From assembly GCA_002083635.1 (NCBI GenBank), contig MSXP01000005.1:344592-408591 (forward strand): a stretch of DNA of 64,000 nt. The letters are read 5' to 3'. This DNA is from Proteobacteria bacterium ST_bin12. Its GTDB lineage: Bacteria; Pseudomonadota; Gammaproteobacteria; Burkholderiales; Methylophilaceae. Of the stretch, positions 57,817-64,000 are shown piece by piece. The notes under the pieces were generated by a model, which saw nothing but the letters and a program-made list of their open reading frames with translations, was not told where the DNA came from and did not search any database. Positions within the stretch are counted from its first letter, which is position 1. Each line of letters starts with the position of its first letter. Both the position numbers and the translations under genes were made by a program.

Positions 57817-57869
57817 TTGATTGACTCAATAAAATTCTGTTTATTAACTAAATATATCATCTATCGTCT

Positions 57870-60722
57870 ATGAAAACGCTACTGCTTGTTGATGGTTCTT
57901 CTTATTTGTATAGGGCTTTTCATGGCTTGCCCGATTTACGGAGCAAAGCCAATGAGCCGACTGGCGCGATTCGTGGCGTATTGAGTATGCTACGCAAATT
58001 GCACAAAGATTACCCTGCCGATTATAGCGCGTGCGTGTTTGATGCAAAAGGCAAAACCTTTCGCGATGATATTTACCCTGAATACAAAGCGAATCGCCCT
58101 AGCATGCCAGATGATTTGCGTACCCAAGTTGAGCCCTTGCATGAGGCGATTAAAGCGATGGGCTGGCCATTGATTATGGTGGACAATGTGGAGGCTGATG
58201 ATGTGATTGGCTGTTTGGCGAAACAAGCCGAAAAACAAGGTGTGCGCGTGATTATCAGCACAGGCGATAAAGATATTTCGCAATTGGTGAACGAGCATGT
58301 GACTGTGATTAACACCATGCCAAACGCGTTTAGAAAAGGCGACGAAATACTGGATATTGCCGGGGTTGAAGCAAAATTTGGCTTAAAACCAGCATTGATT
58401 GTGGATTATTTAACGTTGATTGGCGATAGCGTAGACAACGTGCCAGGCGTGGAAAAAGTAGGCCCAAAAACCGCGGTGAAATGGTTACAGGAATATGGCT
58501 CGCTAGATAATATCATCGCGAATGGAGATAAATTTGGTGGTGTTGTGGGTGAAAACCTACGCAAAGCTTTGGATTGGCTGCCGACTGGACGTGAGCTGAT
58601 TACCATCAAATGCGATTTAGACAAATTTGACGGCATGCCCGAAACGTTTGAATCACTCAAATTGCAAACGCAAGATAAATCCAAATTGGCCGCATTATAT
58701 GACCGGTTTGATTTTAAAACTTGGCAACGCGAATTAGCGGTTGAAACGGAAACTGAAACGCCAAAACCCGAAATAGCGAATGGCGAAACGGGCAATTTAT
58801 TCGATTCGCCGAATAAAAGGCCAGAACTTAACACTCAAAATCACTCAAAAAATTCCGCAACTCCTGCAATATCGCCTGTGATTGAATATCAAGCGATTAC
58901 CACGCGCAATTTTGAAACAATACTAACGAATGAACAGCTGGATAACTGGCTAGCGAAATTGCAATCTGCTCCATTGATTTGTGTGGATACTGAAACCACT
59001 TCTTTAGAACCGATGACCGCTAAGATTGTTGGCTTATCGTTTTCGGTTGAGGCTGGTAGCGGCGCTTATTTGCCGTTAACACATGATTATTTTGATGCGC
59101 CAGAGCAACTGAATTTTGCAGAAACGCTCGCCAAAATCAAACCGATTTTAGAAAACCCTGATATTAAAAAAGTTGGCCAAAACCTTAAATACGATCAGCA
59201 CATTTTAGCCAATCATGGCATCGCATTAAACGGCATTGCGCACGACACACTGTTGCAATCTTATGTATTTGAAGCGCATAAATCGCATGGCATGGATGCG
59301 TTAAGTGAGCGCCATTTGGGCATTCAAACCATTACGTTTGAAGATGTAGCAGGCAAAGGCGCCAAGCAAGTGAGTTTTAACCAAGTAACGGTAGAAGTGG
59401 CCGCCGAATATGCCGCAGAAGATGCTGACATTACTTTGCAATTGCATCACGCCATGTATCCCAACATTCAAGCTGACGCCAAATTAGATTTTATTTACAG
59501 CCAGATTGAAATGCCCAGCTCGCAGATTCTATTCACGATTGAGCGCAACGGCGTGCTGATAGACCGCGATATGCTGAACGTGCAAAGCAATGAAATTGGC
59601 GCAAAATTAGTCGCGCTTGAAAATCAGGCGTATGAATTGGCTGGCCAACCTTTTAACTTAGGCTCGCCTAAGCAGTTACAAGAAATCTTATTTGATAAAT
59701 TAGGCATTAAACCCACTAAAAAAACACCTTCTGGCGCGCCGAGTACTGATGAAGATGTTTTGCAGGAATTAGCGCTAGACCATCCGCTACCCAAAGTGTT
59801 GCTGGAATATCGCGGTCTGGCAAAATTGAAATCCACTTACACCGATAAACTGCCGCGCATGATAAACGCACAAACGGGGCGCGTGCACACCAGCTACAAC
59901 CAAGCCGTGGCGATTACTGGCAGATTAGCCAGTTCAGACCCCAATTTGCAGAATATTCCTGTGCGCAGCGCAGAAGGCCGCCGCATACGCGAAGCGTTTA
60001 TTGCGCCAAAAGGTTCGCATATCGTTTCTGCCGATTATTCTCAGATTGAGCTGCGCATTATGGCGCACCTTTCTCAAGACGCAGGCATGCTGGAAGCCTT
60101 TGCCAATAACGAAGATATTCACCGTGCCACCGCTGCCGAGATTTTTGGCGTAGAACGTAGCGCCGTGGATAACGAACAACGTCGCTATGCAAAAGTGATT
60201 AACTTTGGCTTGATATATGGCATGAGCGCTTTCGGCTTGGCGCAAAACCTGAATATTGAACGCAGTGCGGCGGCCAGCTATATTGAGCGCTATTTTGCCC
60301 GCTACCCCGGCGTACGCGAATACATGCAAAACACCCGCGAAATCGCTAAAGCGCAAGGCTACGTAGAAACCTATTTCGGCCGCCGCTTATGGGTGCCAGA
60401 AATCAACAGCCCCAATGTGCAAAGAAGAAACGGCGCCGAACGCGCCGCCATCAACGCCCCTATGCAAGGCACGGCGGCAGATTTGATTAAACTGGCCATG
60501 ATTGCGGTGGATAAATGGTTACGGGAAGAAAAACTGAACGGTCATCATTTGAAATCGAAATTGATCATGCAAGTGCATGATGAATTGGTGCTAGAAGTAC
60601 CTGATGGCGAACTTGAATTGATTAAAAACACGTTGCCAACATTGATGCAAAATGTGGCGAAATTATCTGTGCCGCTATTGGCAGAAGTGGGTGTAGGTAG
60701 TAATTGGGAAAGTGCGCATTAA
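57870..60722 (+). CDS. polA: DNA polymerase I
   Basis: 950 aa with a 5' nuclease domain (LLLVDGSSYLYRAFH), 3'-5' exonuclease domain (DTETTSL) and polymerase motifs (SADYSQIELRIMAH, QVHDELV). Confidence 0.97.
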   Translation: MKTLLLVDGSSYLYRAFHGLPDLRSKANEPTGAIRGVLSMLRKLHKDYPADYSACVFDAKGKTFRDDIYPEYKANRPSMPDDLRTQVEPLHEAIKAMGWPLIMVDNVEADDVIGCLAKQAEKQGVRVIISTGDKDISQLVNEHVTVINTMPNAFRKGDEILDIAGVEAKFGLKPALIVDYLTLIGDSVDNVPGVEKVGPKTAVKWLQEYGSLDNIIANGDKFGGVVGENLRKALDWLPTGRELITIKCDLDKFDGMPETFESLKLQTQDKSKLAALYDRFDFKTWQRELAVETETETPKPEIANGETGNLFDSPNKRPELNTQNHSKNSATPAISPVIEYQAITTRNFETILTNEQLDNWLAKLQSAPLICVDTETTSLEPMTAKIVGLSFSVEAGSGAYLPLTHDYFDAPEQLNFAETLAKIKPILENPDIKKVGQNLKYDQHILANHGIALNGIAHDTLLQSYVFEAHKSHGMDALSERHLGIQTITFEDVAGKGAKQVSFNQVTVEVAAEYAAEDADITLQLHHAMYPNIQADAKLDFIYSQIEMPSSQILFTIERNGVLIDRDMLNVQSNEIGAKLVALENQAYELAGQPFNLGSPKQLQEILFDKLGIKPTKKTPSGAPSTDEDVLQELALDHPLPKVLLEYRGLAKLKSTYTDKLPRMINAQTGRVHTSYNQAVAITGRLASSDPNLQNIPVRSAEGRRIREAFIAPKGSHIVSADYSQIELRIMAHLSQDAGMLEAFANNEDIHRATAAEIFGVERSAVDNEQRRYAKVINFGLIYGMSAFGLAQNLNIERSAAASYIERYFARYPGVREYMQNTREIAKAQGYVETYFGRRLWVPEINSPNVQRRNGAERAAINAPMQGTAADLIKLAMIAVDKWLREEKLNGHHLKSKLIMQVHDELVLEVPDGELELIKNTLPTLMQNVAKLSVPLLAEVGVGSNWESAH

Positions 60723-60734
60723 TAAAAAAACTTT

Positions 60735-61511
60735 ATGTCAAAAATTATCCTATCCAAGTTAGCTGATAATCTTGAAGGCTTAAAATCTCAAGAAGAACAA
60801 ATACGTATTGATTCTTGCTTATTAATTAACTCGGATCAAAAATTACAAGAACATATCAAGTTAATTCACGCTAGCATGGATGCGCTCATGTGGATGTATA
60901 AGCGTACGGATAATATAAAAAATAATCAGCTAATTGCCCTTACTAGTCTGAAAATTAGATTATTTAATTCAATATCTTGCTGCTTAAAACTTCTGCTTTC
61001 TGGCTACTATCAAGGCGCAATATCACCAATAAGAGATGTTTTAGAAATCACATTTTTATTAGATTACTTCACGTTGGACAGTGAATCAATTGAACGATGG
61101 GTAGCAGATTCTAACTCCAAAGAGTTTAAACAAGTAGCTATCAGGGAAAAATTAGACGATAGAGATGGCTTACATGAAATGAAAAGAAAGTATAAATATC
61201 AGTTATTAAGCACTTATGGCACTCATGCTACTTTTGACGGTAATAAACTTTATAACAACAATAATTTATTAACTTTAGGTCCATTCTTTAATCAGAAGTT
61301 TTTAGAGAATATTCTTTTTGAGCTAGCCGTTTTACAACCTGAACCGATTCTTTCATTGATGTCATTTGAATCGAATCTCACAATTTCAGACTTTCATCTC
61401 AAAAAAGAATTTTTAATCAACACGCAATCTTGGTGGAAGTCTAATATGAATGAAGATTTTCATGATTCGCAATTAGATGAGATTGATAGGTTACTAGGGT
61501 ATGCGACATGA
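60735..61511 (+). CDS. hypothetical helical protein in an AT-rich islet; weak resemblance to AbiV/DUF5677-type proteins
   Basis: 258 aa, starting 12 nt after the polA stop with no intervening terminator. The LLLSGYYQGAISPIRDVLEITFLLDYF pattern recalls AbiV-like families, from memory only. Confidence 0.45.
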   Translation: MSKIILSKLADNLEGLKSQEEQIRIDSCLLINSDQKLQEHIKLIHASMDALMWMYKRTDNIKNNQLIALTSLKIRLFNSISCCLKLLLSGYYQGAISPIRDVLEITFLLDYFTLDSESIERWVADSNSKEFKQVAIREKLDDRDGLHEMKRKYKYQLLSTYGTHATFDGNKLYNNNNLLTLGPFFNQKFLENILFELAVLQPEPILSLMSFESNLTISDFHLKKEFLINTQSWWKSNMNEDFHDSQLDEIDRLLGYAT

Positions 61512-61522
61512 AACAAATGCAT

Positions 61523-61556
61523 ATCACATTATTAATCGCATGGTATATAATGTGAT
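61523..61556 (+). promoter_or_regulatory. 10-bp perfect inverted repeat overlapping a TATAAT: likely TA operator/promoter
   Basis: ATCACATTAT (61523-61532) and ATAATGTGAT (61547-61556) are separated by 14 nt. TATAAT lies at 61546-61551, about 30 nt upstream of the antitoxin ATG. Confidence 0.5.
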
Positions 61557-61582
61557 TAGTTAATCCTTAGGATAAGATAGTC

Positions 61583-61867
61583 ATGCAACAAATCACCGCA
61601 AACGATCTAAAAACCAAGGGCATTGCTGCCATTGAAGCCTCTCTTGAAAATCAGCCAGAAGCTATTATTTCTGTGCGCGGTAAGGATAGCTTTGTGGTGA
61701 TGGATTTAGCGCATTATCATTATTTGCGTGAGTGCGAGTTAGAAGCGGCATTGGCGGAAACGCGTGCCAACTTGGCTGCAGGCGATTTTTTAATGGAATC
61801 CCCAGAAGCGCATTTGGAACGACTGGAACAAATAGAGCTAACAGAAAAGCCTAAATTAAGACCTTAA
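61583..61867 (+). CDS. type II antitoxin, Phd/YefM-like
   Basis: 94 aa. ITANDLKTKGIAAIEASLENQPEAIISVRGKDSFVVMDLAHYHYL, placed immediately upstream of a RelE-like toxin gene. Confidence 0.7.
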   Translation: MQQITANDLKTKGIAAIEASLENQPEAIISVRGKDSFVVMDLAHYHYLRECELEAALAETRANLAAGDFLMESPEAHLERLEQIELTEKPKLRP

Positions 61868-61881
61868 ATTAGGTTTCTTCC

Positions 61882-62157
61882 ATGGCTTATTCACTCCTTA
61901 TCACACAACAATACACAAAGCGCGCCGCGCGTTTTATTAAACGTCACCCCGAATTAAAATCGCAATACTTAAAAACGTTGCAATTATTGGTCGCCAATCC
62001 CTTTCATCCATCGCTACGTTTACATGCGCTTAGTGGCAAACTAACTGGCTTACACTCAGTCTCTATCAATATATCTTATCGCATTACTTTAGAACTGCTG
62101 ATTAAAGATGATCAAATTATCCCAGTCAATGTGGGCGACCACGATAGCGTTTATTAA
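61882..62157 (+). CDS. type II toxin, RelE/StbE (ParE-superfamily) mRNA interferase-like
   Basis: 91 aa. The pattern LRLHALSGKLTGLHSVSINISYRITLELLIKDDQIIPVNVGDHDSVY fits the family. Confidence 0.7.
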   Translation: MAYSLLITQQYTKRAARFIKRHPELKSQYLKTLQLLVANPFHPSLRLHALSGKLTGLHSVSINISYRITLELLIKDDQIIPVNVGDHDSVY

Positions 62158-62185
62158 GCTATCAATTTAACTCTAAATTTCAACC

Positions 62186-62962
62186 ATGCAAAACTTCGGC
62201 ATTTACATCATCGGCGATGAAATTCTTTCTGGAAAACGGGAAGATAAGCATCTGACGCAAGCCATTCAAATATTGAAAGCGCGCGGCTTAACGTTGGCTT
62301 GGGCAGAGTATTTGGGGGATGACCCATCGCGGATGATTGCGAGTTTTAAGCGCAGTTTTAGTAGCAATGATATTGTTTTTAGCTTTGGTGGTATTGGCGC
62401 AACACCAGATGACTATACGCGGCAAGCGGCGGCTGATGCACTTGAAGTGCCCATTGTGCGTCATCAAGCAGCTGTAGCAGAGATTGAAGCGCAGTTTGGT
62501 GAGGGGGCTTATCCCAAAAGAGTCATCATGGCCGATTTTCCGCAAGGTGCGGGGTTAATTCCTAACCCTGTGAATCGCGTTGCAGGCTTTTCGGCGGGCT
62601 TAGAAAATAAAAAACAGCCCAACCAGAAGCACAATCACTATTTTGTGCCGGGCTTTCCTGACATGGCGCACCCTATGATGGAGTGGGTATTAGATACGCA
62701 TTACAGCCACCTTTTTCATCAGGCAGAATACTCAGAACAATCCATAATCATTGAAGACGGCATTGAAAGCCAACTAATTGATTTAATGAACAAAACATTG
62801 GCCGATTATCCTGATATAAAAGTATTTAGCCTGCCCAAATTAAAGCCTAATCGACAAGTGGAATTGGGCGCGAAAGGTGAGCCAGAGCAAGTTAAGCTGG
62901 CCATGCAGGATATTAAAATCGGGGTGAGCAATATTGGCTTTTCTTGGGTAGATGGCGTTTAG
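62186..62962 (+). CDS. CinA-like molybdopterin-binding (MoCF_BD) domain protein
   Basis: 258 aa. Contains [19 protein letters not shown] and [14 protein letters not shown]. Confidence 0.7.
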   Translation: MQNFGIYIIGDEILSGKREDKHLTQAIQILKARGLTLAWAEYLGDDPSRMIASFKRSFSSNDIVFSFGGIGATPDDYTRQAAADALEVPIVRHQAAVAEIEAQFGEGAYPKRVIMADFPQGAGLIPNPVNRVAGFSAGLENKKQPNQKHNHYFVPGFPDMAHPMMEWVLDTHYSHLFHQAEYSEQSIIIEDGIESQLIDLMNKTLADYPDIKVFSLPKLKPNRQVELGAKGEPEQVKLAMQDIKIGVSNIGFSWVDGV

Positions 62963-62967
62963 CGTTT

Positions 62968-63222
62968 ATGGAATGCAGACCAAACTGCGGCGCTTGTTGC
63001 ACTGCCCCATCTATCAACAGCCCTATCCCCGGTATGCCGAATGGTAAACCCGCTGGGGTTAAATGCGTGCAATTACTTAACGACTTTAAATGCGCCATTT
63101 TTAATCAGCCAGAACGGCCTGCGTTTTGTGCCAGCTTAATGCCAAGTGAAGAAATGTGCGGCGCAACACGCAATCAGGCGATTGTTTGGCTCACCACGCT
63201 AGAGCAATTAACCGCACCATAA
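62968..63222 (+). CDS. YkgJ-family cysteine-cluster (zinc/iron-chelating) protein
   Basis: From ATG 62968: [16 protein letters not shown]...KCVQL...KCAIF...FCASL...MCG. Confidence 0.65.
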   Translation: MECRPNCGACCTAPSINSPIPGMPNGKPAGVKCVQLLNDFKCAIFNQPERPAFCASLMPSEEMCGATRNQAIVWLTTLEQLTAP

Positions 63223-63253
63223 AAACTTAACCCTTTTTTTGGGTTAAGTTTTT
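63221..63253. terminator. bidirectional hairpin terminator
   Basis: AAAAACTTAACCC-TTTTTTT-GGGTTAAGTTTTT lying between convergent genes. Confidence 0.7.
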
Positions 63254-63266
63254 ATTAAATCAATCA

Positions 63267-64000
63267 CTATTGCGCTGAAAATATTAAATTATCGGCTTTA
63301 GCATGCAGTTTTTCTGGCGCGGTTATTGGTGTTGAACAGGCATGATTCACACAAATAAATGCTGCCGCTTTAGCTAATGTTGGATATTGCACATCGGGAT
63401 TTGGCATTTTGCCCTCAGCCGTATCCCACCATTCAATACGCCGATATACCACAGGATATTGCAGGGCTTTTCGATACAGCGCTTGCGCCGCCGCGTCCGA
63501 CTTGCTGCCCACAATAGTGATATGTGCTGGGTCTGCTGCCAACTCATCTGCCGCCATTAATGGCCCAACCAAATAGCGGACGTTATCAGGATTATCTAAG
63601 GTCACAAGATATTGCATGGCGTGTGATGCAGTTTTTTTATAATCTTGGTTGCCCGTGTAATGTAGTAATTTATTCGCCAAGCGCGCGATACTCACGTTCG
63701 CTTCCATCTGCAATAACGGTTGTTGAAACACGCCTTTGCTGTTTTTAGGGATAGCCGCAGCCGCAAAACCAATAGTGGATTGAAAGTTTTTCTCAATAAA
63801 AGCCATGCCTGCGCGTGATTTTTCCAGCCACGCTCTGTCACCTGTAGAAATATAAAGCGCCAGATAGGCCTCGGCCATTGCTAGCGTATCGGCTAAATAA
63901 GGCCCTGCGCGGTCTTTTTCGCCGTGTTTAAAACCGCCATCGCCTAAGCCTCTATTGGCTTCTACCCAATTAGCGGCTTTAATCGCGCGATTCAATACAA
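63267..64000 (-). CDS. C-terminal part of a thioredoxin-domain (DUF255/YyaL-like) protein with six-hairpin glycosidase-like domain; N-terminus off the right edge
   Basis: The frame is open to the window end. GDGGFKHGEKDRAGPYLADTLAMAEAYLALYISTGD resembles the alpha/alpha-toroid part of YyaL-type proteins. Confidence 0.6.
   Translation of the reverse strand, partial: VLNRAIKAANWVEANRGLGDGGFKHGEKDRAGPYLADTLAMAEAYLALYISTGDRAWLEKSRAGMAFIEKNFQSTIGFAAAAIPKNSKGVFQQPLLQMEANVSIARLANKLLHYTGNQDYKKTASHAMQYLVTLDNPDNVRYLVGPLMAADELAADPAHITIVGSKSDAAAQALYRKALQYPVVYRRIEWWDTAEGKMPNPDVQYPTLAKAAAFICVNHACSTPITAPEKLHAKADNLIFSAQ

Noticed and set aside
57990-60356. Minus-strand ORFs inside polA (57990-58298, 58073-58318, 58406-58834, 59624-59836, 59934-60356).
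   Set aside because: They are antisense to an uninterrupted 950-aa PolA frame carrying all its domains, and they have no motifs or start signals.

Overview
The window reads as a housekeeping chromosomal segment of a fairly AT-rich proteobacterium. Gene content (HemJ, Coq7, olsBA, Pseudomonas-type thrB, PEP-CTERM proteins) suggests a betaproteobacterium, perhaps Methylophilaceae-like, but that is inference only. Coding density is high on both strands. Main blocks: a complete aa3-type cytochrome c oxidase plus assembly cluster (DUF2244-coxB-coxA-small ORF-ctaG-coxC, DUF2909, SURF1, SCO-like, ctaA, cyoE; 10.1-18.9 kb); olsBA; proS; a LemA-TPM-TPM operon; tsaB-rimI; dinG; groESL with a CIRCE operator; ung; uvrD; thrB; polA; two tRNAs (Arg-CCG, Leu-CAA). 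Three type II toxin-antitoxin modules (yefM-yoeB, ccdAB, Phd/RelE-like) sit between core genes, two of them in small AT-rich islets with unknown genes. I found no CRISPR array, IS element, integrase or prophage, and no obvious large new multi-gene system. The observations most worth following up: (1) three long extended-hairpin elements with conserved loop motifs but different, compensating stems, two of which bracket groEL; (2) an HTH-less, membrane-anchored paralogue of the TetR ligand domain next to a full TetR; (3) yefM-yoeB translationally coupled to the ribosome-rescue gene arfB; (4) a C10 tract in the likely promoter spacer of a VPLPA-CTERM surface protein; (5) a 14-bp hairpin covering the olsB SD and start codon; (6) a structured 370-bp ung-uvrD spacer with a possible sRNA. 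All function calls rest on motif recognition by eye, with no database search run.
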